Below are positions 11,975-22,212 of a stretch of 64,000 bases of DNA, piece by piece. The position numbers and the translations under genes were made by a program. Each line of letters opens with the position of its first letter. Positions within the stretch are counted from its first letter, which is position 1. Under the pieces are notes generated by a model. The model searched no databases. It was not told the DNA's origin and saw only the letters and a program-made list of their open reading frames with translations. This DNA comes from an uncultured archaeon (GTDB lineage: Archaea; Thermoproteota; Bathyarchaeia; Bathyarchaeales; Bathycorpusculaceae): assembly GCA_963782915.1 (NCBI GenBank), contig CAWALK010000020.1, forward strand, positions 320,001 to 384,000. The letters run 5' to 3'.

Positions 11975-12125
11975 AACTATTTTTTTCTTAAACAGTAAAT
12001 TAACAACAGTGTATTTCAATCTTTCAGCAATTTCGGATGTAAAATTCCTGTTTTTAGCTAATTATTAAATAATCAGACCCAGAACAGTTCTCTTGAAGCA
12101 AAAAATGTTTTTCTGAGGTTATGTG

Positions 12126-12695
12126 ATGAAGGTTGAACTTGGCGCAAAAAACTGTCTCTATCCCTTGCCCACCGTACTGGTCGGCGCATTAGTGAATGGT
12201 AAACCAAACTACCTTGCCATAGCGCATGTCGGAATAATGGATCTGGGCAGCGTCTCTTTGGGCATGAATAAAACCCATTACACAAACATCGGCATCAAAG
12301 CGAACAAAACCTTCAGCATCAACATACCCTCAACGAAACTGGTAAAAGAAACCGATTACTGCGGGTTAGTATCTGGCAAAGATACAGACAAAGCGGACCT
12401 CTTCAAAACATTCTACGGTAAACTCAAGACCGCTCCGTTGATAGAGGAGTGTGCCGTGAACATGGAATGTGAACTCTTGCAAACAGTTGATTTTCCACAG
12501 CACGACATATTCATCGGCAAAGTAGTTGAAACGCATTGCGATGAATCGGTCCTCACGGGTGGGGTTGTGGATTTGGAGAAGTTGCAGCCAATCCTATTTG
12601 CGATGAATGACCGCAGTTACTATCGTTTGGGTGAGCGGTTTGCGAGGGCTTGGAGCATAGGAAAAGACCTTAAACAAAAGAATAGCGAGTCGTGA
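12126..12695 (+). CDS. Flavin reductase family protein (flavoredoxin-like)
   Basis: YPLPTVLVG, DYCGLVSG, APLIEEC, HDIFIGKV. Confidence 0.9.
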   Translation: MKVELGAKNCLYPLPTVLVGALVNGKPNYLAIAHVGIMDLGSVSLGMNKTHYTNIGIKANKTFSINIPSTKLVKETDYCGLVSGKDTDKADLFKTFYGKLKTAPLIEECAVNMECELLQTVDFPQHDIFIGKVVETHCDESVLTGGVVDLEKLQPILFAMNDRSYYRLGERFARAWSIGKDLKQKNSES

Positions 12696-12843
12696 GTCAC
12701 AAGCTACGCGCATGATTGTATAAGTTTACCCTTGATTTCACACTTTTCTCTGTGTTTTTCCATCGTTTTCTTGAAAAAAATTAAACATTCATCCATAACC
12801 CTAATAAGGGAAAGTTCTTTTCCCCTTAAAATGGGGCAATTGG

Positions 12844-13263
12844 ATGTCGATTAATCTTCAGAGCGCCAAAAACTTTGAGGAAACCGTTGAAACAGTTTTC
12901 AGACATATGGGTTATCACACACAAACCAACATAACCCTACACACTAGACCTGTTCATATCCATGCGGAAATGCATCACCCGAAAGGCAAACAGAAACTGC
13001 TCATAGAATGCAAACATTACCACCATCACCATGAATCAGTGGGTGTGCATGATGTCCAAAGATTCTGCGACAAAATCGCTTTCGCCAGAGAGCAATCGCG
13101 GGCAGATATTGGGTTACTGGTTTCGAATACTGAGTTCAGTCCAGAAGCTGTATCATGGTGTGCAAGGAACTGCTCATTTGTCAAATTGAGAACCTATAAG
13201 CAGGTACTACACGCTTCTACCCGATGCCGAAAGCTACTGCGAAAATTCCACAAACACATGTAG
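12844..13263 (+). CDS. Mrr-like restriction endonuclease domain protein
   Basis: FEETVETVFRHMGY, LLIECK, VGVHDVQRF, GLLVSNTEFSPEA. Confidence 0.75.
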   Translation: MSINLQSAKNFEETVETVFRHMGYHTQTNITLHTRPVHIHAEMHHPKGKQKLLIECKHYHHHHESVGVHDVQRFCDKIAFAREQSRADIGLLVSNTEFSPEAVSWCARNCSFVKLRTYKQVLHASTRCRKLLRKFHKHM

Positions 13264-13277
13264 CCTAAGCTTCAGCT

Positions 13278-13832
13278 TTACCGCCCGTTTAATGTGTTAA
13301 ACAGGGCTAATTCATCCTCTGTTATTCCCACTTTACGCAACTTAGCTACGCATTCCTGATAGCGTTCTTCAGTTAATTTTGAGGGTTTTATTGGGTCTTT
13401 TGTGAAGTGGTACGTTTTTTTGGCTGTTCTACCTCTGCATAACGCAATGGCTTGTTTTTTGAATCGGTTAAGTGCCATACAGTCTTGGCTCTGAAATCCA
13501 AACATTGTATTTGGGAATGCCTGACAGCCTTCGGGTCGAACCTCATAGATTGAACAGGTCTTATCCTTAACAAATGGGCAAGGGGTATGCGTGATGTATT
13601 GGTCGTATTTGGCTTGGTCTACTTCCCAGCGTTTACCCATCTCTTCATAGATTTCTTTTAGTTTAGTTTGGAGCTTCGGGTTTTCTAGTGGGCTTATTTT
13701 TACTTCTCCAGCCGTCAAGAAATCATCCAGTGTGCAGCAGACGCCGCATTTATCGCATACGAAGGGCAAATTGGTTGACCAACTGGTGTTTTTTGTTTTG
13801 AATTCTAAATGAAGATAACATGTGTCAACCAT
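13278..13832 (-). CDS. YkgJ-family Cys-cluster protein
   Basis: CDKCGVCC, CPF, CSIYEVRPEGCQAFP. Confidence 0.85.
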   Translation of the reverse strand: MVDTCYLHLEFKTKNTSWSTNLPFVCDKCGVCCTLDDFLTAGEVKISPLENPKLQTKLKEIYEEMGKRWEVDQAKYDQYITHTPCPFVKDKTCSIYEVRPEGCQAFPNTMFGFQSQDCMALNRFKKQAIALCRGRTAKKTYHFTKDPIKPSKLTEERYQECVAKLRKVGITEDELALFNTLNGR

Positions 13833-13921
13833 GCTGCATCTGCCTCAGAGAAACTGTAAACGGCGCTTTCAACTTTTCCCCAAAAAACATCAATTTAAAA
13901 ACCAATCACAACAATAGTTCT

Positions 13922-15031
13922 ATGAGCGGAATGTTGCATAGTGACGACTTGCTTGATGTTCTCTACAGAATAAAGGACAGCATTGTAGCTTTAGATAATA
14001 ACTGCAATATAACCTACGCTAATCAGGCGTACGCAGACATCTTTGGCTTAGAAACTAAAGCGATGATTGGCAAAAACATTTGGGAACTTGTACCAAGAGC
14101 CGTTAACTCAATTATTTACCAGAAAATAATCGAAGCAATGAAAACCCGTACCTTCCATCGTTTCGAGTGGCAAGGCATATACACTGATGTATTCTGGGAA
14201 ACAACACTCTTCTGCTCAACTAAAGGCATAACTGTCATTAACAAGGATATAACTCAACGCAGAAAAGCAGAAGAAGCACTGGAAATCAATAATAAAAATC
14301 TCGAGAAAATGGTTGAAGAAAAAACAAAGCAACTTCGGGATTCCGAAAGACTTGCCGCTATCGGCGCCACAGCAGGCATGGTCGGACACGACATCCGCAA
14401 CCCACTACAAGCCATAGTGAGCGATGTCTATTTGCTAAAAGACTTTTTGCAGGATATGCCTGTGTCACAGACAAAGGATGAGGTAACTGAGAGTTTAGAT
14501 GGCATCGAGAAAAACATCGGCTACATCAACAAAATCGTCGCCGACCTCCAAGATTACGCCAGACCCCTTACACCCGAATTCTCAGACGTTAACCTCTATG
14601 AATTAGTAACAAGCGTATTCGCACCCATAACTGTACCTGAAAACACAACTCCACTGATTGACATTGATCCTCAATTTTGGTTAAAATCCGACCCAACACT
14701 GCTTCGACGCATCCTAACCAACTTGATTATCAATGCTATCCAAGCTATGCCTCAGGGTGGAAACCTCACAGTCAGCGTTACCCAATTGAACGGCAACCTG
14801 CTGCTTGTTGTAAAAGATACGGGCGTGGGCATTCCAGAGGATGTTAAACCGAAGTTGTTTACGCCTATGATGACGACTAAGGCTAAGGGTCAGGGTTTAG
14901 GTTTGGCTGTGGTTAAGCGGTTGGTTGAGGCTTTAGGTGGTTCTGTTTCGTTTGAGAGTCAAGAGGGGAAAGGAACAGAATTCCATGTGACTCTTCCTAA
15001 GGCGCAACTGAAAAGTAAAAGAGATTTTTAG
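13922..15031 (+). CDS. PAS-domain sensor histidine kinase
   Basis: PAS domain; H-box HDIRNPL; NLIINAIQAM, DTGVGI, GQGLGL. Confidence 0.93.
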   Translation: MSGMLHSDDLLDVLYRIKDSIVALDNNCNITYANQAYADIFGLETKAMIGKNIWELVPRAVNSIIYQKIIEAMKTRTFHRFEWQGIYTDVFWETTLFCSTKGITVINKDITQRRKAEEALEINNKNLEKMVEEKTKQLRDSERLAAIGATAGMVGHDIRNPLQAIVSDVYLLKDFLQDMPVSQTKDEVTESLDGIEKNIGYINKIVADLQDYARPLTPEFSDVNLYELVTSVFAPITVPENTTPLIDIDPQFWLKSDPTLLRRILTNLIINAIQAMPQGGNLTVSVTQLNGNLLLVVKDTGVGIPEDVKPKLFTPMMTTKAKGQGLGLAVVKRLVEALGGSVSFESQEGKGTEFHVTLPKAQLKSKRDF

Positions 15032-15834
15032 GGCTCGAGTTTTTTGCCGCATCGGACGCAGTAGGTGGAGTCGGTTTGGTTTTGTGCTCCGCAATGGGTA
15101 CAGTACTTTGCCTGTGGGACTGAGGTGGCGACCGTTGGTGGGATAACTGTTTGGGTTGGTGGCGCTTTAATTGCCCAATATCCTTTTGCCACAAATACCC
15201 AAGCCACATATTCTATGAGTCCGCCTGGTACAGAGGCCAAAGCAAGTATATTGGAGTCGATAGAGTTGCTGTAGATTAAAACAACGAATACTGCTCCAAC
15301 TGCGATGTTAATGATGGCGCCGAGGACGAAGATTTTTGCGGCACTTCTAAATAGGGATACATCTGATTTGTCGGCTAAGAGATTGTATGATTTATAATTG
15401 AAGTATATCCAGACTAATGCAGCCACCGACATTACTGGTGTTAAGGCTGAAATGTAGGGTGCAAACAGCGCCGTTGCATTGGAAGAATTAGAGGGTATCG
15501 ACTGCGCGTTTAACGTAAGTATATTCACTAATGTCAGTATAGCCCATGTTGTCAAGGTTACTACCCCCGTGACAATTGCGCCTATAAAACCGTAGACGAT
15601 ATATTGGAATATGCGTTTGTCAGCGTAATCTCTTGAGAACCCATTCATTGAGATTAGGAACAAAATAAACCCTACAAATGATAAAAGGCCAGTCAAGCCA
15701 ATTATCAAAAGAAATACAAAGTTTAGTGTTCCTGCATTGCCTATTGTAAATATGGATGAGATGGTGCCGACTACACCGGTTAATGTTAGAAGGGCACCTA
15801 TGCCGCCTAAGGTTTTGTTACTCTCAATAGTCAC
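15028..15834 (-). CDS. DUF996-like membrane protein with C-terminal zinc ribbon
   Basis: KTLGGIGALL, multiple TMs, CTHCG...CVRCG. Confidence 0.8.
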   Translation of the reverse strand: MTIESNKTLGGIGALLTLTGVVGTISSIFTIGNAGTLNFVFLLIIGLTGLLSFVGFILFLISMNGFSRDYADKRIFQYIVYGFIGAIVTGVVTLTTWAILTLVNILTLNAQSIPSNSSNATALFAPYISALTPVMSVAALVWIYFNYKSYNLLADKSDVSLFRSAAKIFVLGAIINIAVGAVFVVLIYSNSIDSNILALASVPGGLIEYVAWVFVAKGYWAIKAPPTQTVIPPTVATSVPQAKYCTHCGAQNQTDSTYCVRCGKKLEP

Positions 15835-15890
15835 GCCGTATACCCCAGCGCTTACTATTCCAGCGGTTAGGGGATAAGGTTTGTGCTCAG

Positions 15891-16916
15891 TTACTGAGTA
15901 ACCATTTTTTTGGCCGGTTCTTCTGCGCCGACTCGAAGCCGGTCTACATCTGCCCGCTGAGGCAACACTACCCTGATGGATTTGTTTAGGCTTTCTTTTC
16001 CGTATTTAACGTTGGCTTCCGGGGTTTTGGCGTCGGAGTAGAAAGCGGTTAACTTTGCGGCTGTCTCTACGGCAGCTTTGGTTTTGGGGCCTTGCAGCAG
16101 TGTGGTTGGGCCAACGATGTCTGAGGGTTCAAAGTAATAGTCGCTTTTGGCTTTGTTAGTTGTTAAAAAGTTGTTTTCAGCTTGGTTTCTGCCGACAACG
16201 ATTTTGTTCTCGCCCAACCGGAAGTGCCTGCCAATCCGCAGCAACGCCACATCCGCCACTGTCACGCGTTTCTTGTGTTCAAAGAGGTCACTGAGTTTCT
16301 TTGCGTATTCCTCACAGGTCAAGAGGCATCCGCCGGCAGGAGAAGGATACACCGTTATCCCAAACTCTTTCGCCAGCTCCATCTGGGGCTTTCGACACCT
16401 GCCCTGAATGCTTAAAAGGTTATTGCGATCAATCAGCCCTTTCTTTTCTGCTTCAGTCTCAGCCATCAACTTCGCCGAAAGCGGCCTGAGCAGTTTACCT
16501 TTCAAACCGGCTTCTTCAGCGATGGTTTTTAGGGCGGGTCCATGCTGCGACATCGGCCGTTCACCCAACACTTCGCCTGTGAAGAGGAAGTCGGCGCCGA
16601 CTTCTTTAGCATATTTTTTAGCATGTTTTAATATGAAGATTTTGCAGTCGACGCAGGGGTTAATGTTTTTTCCGTAGCCATGCTTGGGGTTACGCAGCAT
16701 CTTTATGTATTCTAAATCGACTTCTTGAACTTTAAGCGGCACCTTAAGTTGCTCTGCAGCTTGGGTTGCTTCGCTTGAGCCATCCTTCTTTGGTATGCCA
16801 AACGGCGTTTTTATGTTGTATGCGATTACTTCTATGCCTTGACGCCGAACTAGTTCTGTGGCGAGTATGCTGTCTAAGCCGCCGGAGAATAAACTGATGG
16901 CTTTAACCTTAGTCAT
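15891..16916 (-). CDS. PP-loop tRNA sulfurtransferase (ThiI/MnmA-like)
   Basis: SGGLDS, NPCVDCK, TGEVLGERPMSQ, PAGGCLLT, GRHFR. Confidence 0.85.
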   Translation of the reverse strand: MTKVKAISLFSGGLDSILATELVRRQGIEVIAYNIKTPFGIPKKDGSSEATQAAEQLKVPLKVQEVDLEYIKMLRNPKHGYGKNINPCVDCKIFILKHAKKYAKEVGADFLFTGEVLGERPMSQHGPALKTIAEEAGLKGKLLRPLSAKLMAETEAEKKGLIDRNNLLSIQGRCRKPQMELAKEFGITVYPSPAGGCLLTCEEYAKKLSDLFEHKKRVTVADVALLRIGRHFRLGENKIVVGRNQAENNFLTTNKAKSDYYFEPSDIVGPTTLLQGPKTKAAVETAAKLTAFYSDAKTPEANVKYGKESLNKSIRVVLPQRADVDRLRVGAEEPAKKMVTQ

Positions 16917-17089
16917 AACAGTGACATAACTTCCCCGCAAATAATAATGTAGCTGTCCAACCCGCAGAAGAAAACCCTATGGAGACTCCATGGATTTTTT
17001 TCTTGTTAACGGTACTTCGCTAATTGGCAAAGCTCGCTTGGCAAAAATCTATATGAATTATCAATCCCCAACAGGAAACCAGAGAGCGA

Positions 17090-18439
17090 TTGGAGGAGAA
17101 GAATCTGATTGTTGAAAAAACTGAACCCCTGATAAGCTATGAATCCTATGTATCCAAGAAACAGGATGAACCAGTCTCCATCATTGAATGGATGGATTAT
17201 CGGTGGCAACTAAAGAATTCAATCAAAACCATAGAAGCATTCGAGGGCTTCATGGGCGTAAATTTCTCGAAGAAAGAGAAAAAAGAATTAGAGAAAACAG
17301 TAAAAAAGTTCCCACTAAGCATCACACCTTACTATGCGTCGCTTATCGAGAAAGAAAACATGCGCAATGACCCAATCTTTAAGCAGGCTTTCCCCAACCC
17401 AGCGGAACTAGTCATCTCAAAATATGACATGAAAGACCCCCTTCACGAGGACAAGGACAGCCCAACTAAAGGCATCACACACCGCTACCCCGACCGCGTC
17501 CTCTTTCTCATCAGCAACCGCTGTGCCATGTACTGCCGCCATTGCACGCGGAAAAGAAAAGTCGGCGACCCAGAACACATCCCCTCCAAAGAACAAATCA
17601 TCGCCGGATTAGATTACATACGAAGCCACAGTGAAGTCCGCGATGTACTCTTATCCGGCGGCGACGCATTGATGCTCCCGGACGATTTCCTCGACTGGAT
17701 ACTAACCGAACTCAACAACATACCACACGTAGAAGTAGTCAGGATTGGCTCAAGAACCCCAGTTGTGCTACCCTACCGCATAACCGATGAACTCGTAGAC
17801 ATGCTAAAACGCCATCACCCCCTATGGCTAAACACACATTTCAACCATCCACGCGAATTAACTCCCTCCGCCCGGGAAGCACTAAGAAAACTAGCCGACG
17901 CAGGCATACCCATCGGCAACCAATCCGTATTGCTCGCAGGCGTGAACGATTGCCCCCAAATCATGAAGAAACTCAACCAAAAACTCGTCCAAAACCGCGT
18001 CCGACCCTACTACCTCTTCCAATGCGACCTCTCCGAAGGCCTAACACATTTCCGCACCTCAGTCGGTAAAGGCGTAGAAATCATGGAGAGCCTTCAGGGA
18101 CACACCAGCGGTTTCGCAGTGCCAACGTTCGTGATTGATGCGCCCGGCGGCGGAGGAAAAATCCCAGTTATGCCCAACCACATCATTAGCTGGTCAACCA
18201 ACAAGACAGTGCTACGCAACTATGAAGGCGTAATCACGACTTATCAGGAACCGGACAACTATAAACCTGTCAAATGCGACTTGAAATGCCAGAATTGCAA
18301 CTTGCAGCTTGAAGCAGAAGATAAAGCACCTATTGGGATAGAGAAATTGCTGGCGGACTCTAATGAAACCATCTCGCTTGTGCCAAAAGGGAACCTTAGA
18401 TTGGAACGCCGAAAAAAGAGCAGCCTTAAAGTGCCATAA
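17090..18439 (+). CDS. ablA: Lysine 2,3-aminomutase
   Basis: [38 protein letters not shown]-terminal Cys cluster; resembles methanogen AblA/KamA. Confidence 0.92.
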   Translation: MEEKNLIVEKTEPLISYESYVSKKQDEPVSIIEWMDYRWQLKNSIKTIEAFEGFMGVNFSKKEKKELEKTVKKFPLSITPYYASLIEKENMRNDPIFKQAFPNPAELVISKYDMKDPLHEDKDSPTKGITHRYPDRVLFLISNRCAMYCRHCTRKRKVGDPEHIPSKEQIIAGLDYIRSHSEVRDVLLSGGDALMLPDDFLDWILTELNNIPHVEVVRIGSRTPVVLPYRITDELVDMLKRHHPLWLNTHFNHPRELTPSAREALRKLADAGIPIGNQSVLLAGVNDCPQIMKKLNQKLVQNRVRPYYLFQCDLSEGLTHFRTSVGKGVEIMESLQGHTSGFAVPTFVIDAPGGGGKIPVMPNHIISWSTNKTVLRNYEGVITTYQEPDNYKPVKCDLKCQNCNLQLEAEDKAPIGIEKLLADSNETISLVPKGNLRLERRKKSSLKVP

Positions 18440-18975
18440 ATGCCCCGCCCCCTCGACATCTCAGCTTTAACCATCCGAAAAGTCGCCATAGCGGACATAT
18501 CTGAAGTCTACAAACTACTCGCCGCCAACAGGCCCTATGTTGGGCTTAAACAGCCGCTACACATACTTCCTCTTAGCCAGGGACTTCTCGGAAACCTGCC
18601 TTGTTGCCCTTGACGGCGGACGCATCATCGCTTTCTCTTCCGGCTATGTCCCACCCAATAGACCTGATACTTTTTTCAGTTGGGAAGTCGTGGTGGATAG
18701 TGGATTACCGTGGCAATGGGTTGCAAAAGACGCTGCTGCTTGAGCAATTAAGGTTGACTGAAGCGAAATATTTCGAGGGAACAATTAACCCTTCAAACGG
18801 GGCTTCGGAAAAGAATTTTTTGGAAATCGCTCGGATACTAAACACAGACGTTTCCAAGAGTGTACTATTTAGCGAAGAGGACTTCGGAAATGACGGTCAC
18901 GAAGCCGAGCACCTTTACAGGATTGGTCCAATCTCGCTTGTTGGGTTGAAAAATTCTGCTGATTATTCGATTTAG
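18440..18975 (+). CDS. EctA-like (diaminobutyrate acetyltransferase family) GNAT; frameshifts near 18540 and 18700
   Basis: LNSRYTYFLLARDFSETCLVA, SGYVPPNRPDTFFSWEVVV, RGNGL, TINPSNGAS, GHEAEHLYRIGP match EctA family motifs. Confidence 0.8.
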
Positions 18976-19039
18976 ATTCGATATTTGTTCATCTGTACGG
19001 CGCTTGTTCCCTTGAGTTCAGAATTATTTAAAAAGCCAG

Positions 19040-20188
19040 ATGAGAATAAACCAGATGGCTTTGAGCTTTCGGGGTTTAGCGGTGGACATTAGCATCTTCG
19101 TTCCAATATTCAAGGAGTCAACTGAACTAGAAGGGATGCTTGATATTCTGTGTCCGCAGAATGTGTCTAAAGAAATTTTTGTCACTGTTGATGAACCCAC
19201 CGATGAGTTTACCCAAAAAATTAAGCAGCTGCAAAGAGAAAACGTCACATTCATCACTAATAAAGAACGAGTCGGCAAAGCTAACGCACTCAACAGCACC
19301 GTACAGCTCTCAACGGGCAAAGTGCTGCTCTTTTTGGACGCCGACGTGGGGTTACCAAACGATCCTGATTATCTGAGAAAAATCGTTATGGACATGGAAC
19401 ACACCGACATCTTAGACATCAAAAAAAGAGTCACCAAAGACAAATCGTTCCTCTCCAAAATGGCATATTACGAATACTTGACGTTTAACATGAGTGCTTG
19501 GTTATCTTCCAAGTTTATGCATAAATGCCCCGCAGTAAACGGCGCAGCTTTCGCGATTAGGCGGGAAATGTTTGAGAAAGTCCATGGCTTCCGCAAAGTA
19601 GTCGCCGAAGACATCGATATTGCAACCCGCGCTTTTTTGGCCGACGGCAGCTTCGCTTACTCATCAGAGGTTGAAGTAAAAAACGTGGTGCATGGCGACT
19701 GGCACAAATGGTTCACCCAGCGCCGCAGATGGTCGATTGGGCAGGCTCTTTGGCTCAAAGACTGGTATAAACCATTGATTGGACGCTTTATCAAGAAGCC
19801 CCAAGTTTTTCTGCCAAGCCTATTCTTCTTGTATCCGTCGGTTACGGTGTTCTTTTTGAGTGCCGTAGTGCCGAGTCTATGGATGTATAATGGGCTGCTA
19901 TTCACTTCGCTGTTCCTATCGGTTAAATTTAACATTGCTTTGCCGGTTTTCTTGGTTTCGTTGGCGACTGCTGACGCACTAAAGGTGCTGCTGATTTCGC
20001 TGGCCGGTTTTGGCATCACTGCGGCGGTTTTCTATGGGTTCTCTAGGAAACTGGGCTTTAATGAGATGAAGTTGCATGAGTTGTTCGTGTATTACTTCTT
20101 TTACTCGTCACTTTGGATGGCAATGATAGTTATTGGTCATTTGCAAGTGTTGGTTGGGAAGCGGTCTGGTCCCGGCTGGAAAACATAG
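19040..20188 (+). CDS. Glycosyltransferase family 2, membrane-bound
   Basis: GKANALN, FLDAD, AEDIDI, QRRRW; C-terminal TMs. Confidence 0.9.
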   Translation: MRINQMALSFRGLAVDISIFVPIFKESTELEGMLDILCPQNVSKEIFVTVDEPTDEFTQKIKQLQRENVTFITNKERVGKANALNSTVQLSTGKVLLFLDADVGLPNDPDYLRKIVMDMEHTDILDIKKRVTKDKSFLSKMAYYEYLTFNMSAWLSSKFMHKCPAVNGAAFAIRREMFEKVHGFRKVVAEDIDIATRAFLADGSFAYSSEVEVKNVVHGDWHKWFTQRRRWSIGQALWLKDWYKPLIGRFIKKPQVFLPSLFFLYPSVTVFFLSAVVPSLWMYNGLLFTSLFLSVKFNIALPVFLVSLATADALKVLLISLAGFGITAAVFYGFSRKLGFNEMKLHELFVYYFFYSSLWMAMIVIGHLQVLVGKRSGPGWKT

Positions 20189-20199
20189 CTTGGGCTTTT

Positions 20200-20445
20200 C
20201 TCTATAGTTGTTGTTGCCGAAAAGCCCCTATACACAACAACAACCAACTCGGCATATGCAATAAACTGAGGGCAAACCAGAGAGAGGTCTTTTGCTCTGC
20301 CGACCCTATCCCCCCTTATTTATAGGCTAAACAACCGCCTAGCGGGGTATTTGCTGATTGTATGGGTGCAATCTTTATGTTTGGGCTGTTAGGCGTTTGT
20401 TAGGTTCTGTGGCGGTTTTGTTTGCAGTTGTTTTCAATCGGGAAG
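20200..20445 (-). repeat. ~250-bp intergenic element (motifs A+B plus A/C-rich arm); inverted copy at 38613-38860
   Basis: Reverse complement aligns collinearly with 38613-38860, e.g. TCCCGATTGAAAACAACTGCAAACAA.ACCGCCACAGAACCTAACAAAC. Confidence 0.9.
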
Positions 20446-20689
20446 ATTTGTTTTGGTTGAGGCTTTGTTGGGGTTCGTTTTTTTAGTATTAGATATGGAC
20501 TAGACCCCTCTTTCTCTTCTTCCTGTGGGCTTGGCTGACGGCTGCCCGCAAGCAGATGGTGCTGCGCTAAAAACAACCTGATTGGTCTTTTCCTAGCCTC
20601 CAGCCAATCAACCGAGCCCAACAAGCAACATAACCGAACCGAAGCGGAAAAAGATTATAATAAGTGATAAGATGTCATTGTTGGAAAAG

Positions 20690-20767
20690 GGGTCCGTGAC
20701 GCAGTACGGATAGCGTGTCAGCCTTCTAAGCTGAAAGTCAAGGGTTCAAATCCCTTCGGACCCGCCA
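20690..20767 (+). tRNA. tRNA-Arg (TCT)
   Basis: Acceptor GGGTCCG/CGGACCC, anticodon arm TCAGC-CTTCTAA-GCTGA, GTTCAAATC T-loop, encoded CCA. Confidence 0.96.
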
Positions 20768-21047
20768 TATTACTCACTTTAGAGCTTAATTCTGCATTTA
20801 CTAGGTCAACATTATCTATGTGACCATTATGACCAATTTCCGATTTATCTGTAGGTAATTCAATAAGTTTGCTGTTAATATACTCTATAGATTGTTGATG
20901 ATATTCAAATTGTGCTTTACCATTCTGTCTGCCAATATAATGTCTAGCTCTACCATAAGATAACTCCCCATTGCTCCTAAAGAATAGTTGAATTGTAGAA
21001 ACTTTGCCGCATTCTTCACACTCAAACTGTAAACACTTAATCTTCAT
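20718..21047 (-). CDS. Hypothetical CxxC protein at island edge, reading into the antisense of the tRNA
   Basis: CEECGK motif; C-terminal MAGPKGFEPLTFSLEG is the tRNA antisense translation. Confidence 0.6.
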   Translation of the reverse strand: MKIKCLQFECEECGKVSTIQLFFRSNGELSYGRARHYIGRQNGKAQFEYHQQSIEYINSKLIELPTDKSEIGHNGHIDNVDLVNAELSSKVSNMAGPKGFEPLTFSLEG

Positions 21048-21167
21048 ACCAATTCCTTCTACTTGGAGCTGGCTGGAGAGCTAGAAGAGGTATTTAATGA
21101 CCCCTAAAGAACAATTTTGGAGTGTTAGTTTAGTTAACTTCTTAAGGTTAACTAACTTACATAGTTA

Positions 21168-21467
21168 GTGATTGTAATGGTTGAATTATCTCCATTGGCT
21201 GAGATACTTTTTTTCCTTCAATATCTCATGTTACCATTAATTCCTTTTGTTGTTGGAGGAATTTTGTTCTATTTTAAGCCTAAGCATAGAGTGAGCATTG
21301 GAATATCATTGATTTGTTTTGGAGTTCTTAAATTATTATTTGTGTTTAATGAGTATTGGTATCTGTATATGGCATATGGTTTCTTTGGTTTTCTGACAAT
21401 ACTTCTAGGGGTACTCTCTGTTCTTTACCCCAAAATGCTAAGCAAAGACAATAGAATTAAGAACTAG
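21168..21467 (+). CDS. Small membrane protein (cassette 1)
   Basis: Three hydrophobic segments; TAG stop lies inside repeat 2. Confidence 0.7.
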   Translation: MIVMVELSPLAEILFFLQYLMLPLIPFVVGGILFYFKPKHRVSIGISLICFGVLKLLFVFNEYWYLYMAYGFFGFLTILLGVLSVLYPKMLSKDNRIKN

Positions 21468-21763
21468 TTTTGGAGCGTAACTCTGCTTTGTTTTCTCTTC
21501 TTATTAATACAATGAAGATAGCATTACCTATCAATGTAACGATGAATGCAAACAATGGGTAATTCCACAATGGTGTCTCCAACTCCTGTTGGTGTATATT
21601 CTATTGGACCTATGTATTTTGTGCTTATAAAAATACCAACTGAGCTCACCACTTCATTTGTGTTTATTAGTTCTGATAAAACAAATTGGCTAGACAAGAC
21701 TAATACTAAACTCATAACAACATTGAAAACAATCATATTTGTTGTTAACTTACTGAATGTCAT
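21457..21763 (-). CDS. Small two-TM membrane protein (cassette 2; frameshift near 21570)
   Basis: N-terminal TM; shifted frame gives NYPLFAFIVTLIGNAIFIVLIRRE ending at a TAA inside repeat 2. Confidence 0.6.
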
Positions 21764-21912
21764 AATAGCTATTGCTTCTTTGTCTGCTTATAAAATTAAG
21801 GCATATTCACTAAAGACGCTAATCATCTAGTACAGCAACCAATCATTAAGAACTATTTTTAGAGCATAGGCTTGAGGGATGAAAAATCTATTATAGCTTA
21901 GACTACTGAAAG

Positions 21913-22212
21913 ATGGCTATGCATAAAATAGCTAAGATTGCTATGGTAACCAATCTTATCTTAGCTCTGCTTTTTATTTATTCCAACTTATTAGTTTGGG
22001 ATGTCTTCAATGGCAATAATGCTTTACATAGGACTGAGTTTGCTACTCATTGGGGATTCAATAACTATCTCTTAACATTCTATGACCATTTACCTGATGG
22101 TAGTGTTGGAGTTGTACAGGGAATTTTTATTTACCCAAATTTCCCAATCTGCGTATTCTTTGTTGCTCTAGCAGTAAATCTATTCTTTATCTATAAACTG
22201 AGCAAGAAATGA
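21913..22212 (+). CDS. Small two-TM membrane protein (cassette 3)
   Basis: TM-loop-TM; PNFPICVFFVALAVNLFFIYKL resembles the cassette 2 C-terminus. Confidence 0.7.
   Translation: MAMHKIAKIAMVTNLILALLFIYSNLLVWDVFNGNNALHRTEFATHWGFNNYLLTFYDHLPDGSVGVVQGIFIYPNFPICVFFVALAVNLFFIYKLSKK

Noticed and set aside
16940-17090. Lysine or other riboswitch upstream of ablA
   Set aside because: Only a short hairpin (ATGGAGACTCCAT) is visible; the region is short and lacks recognisable aptamer motifs.
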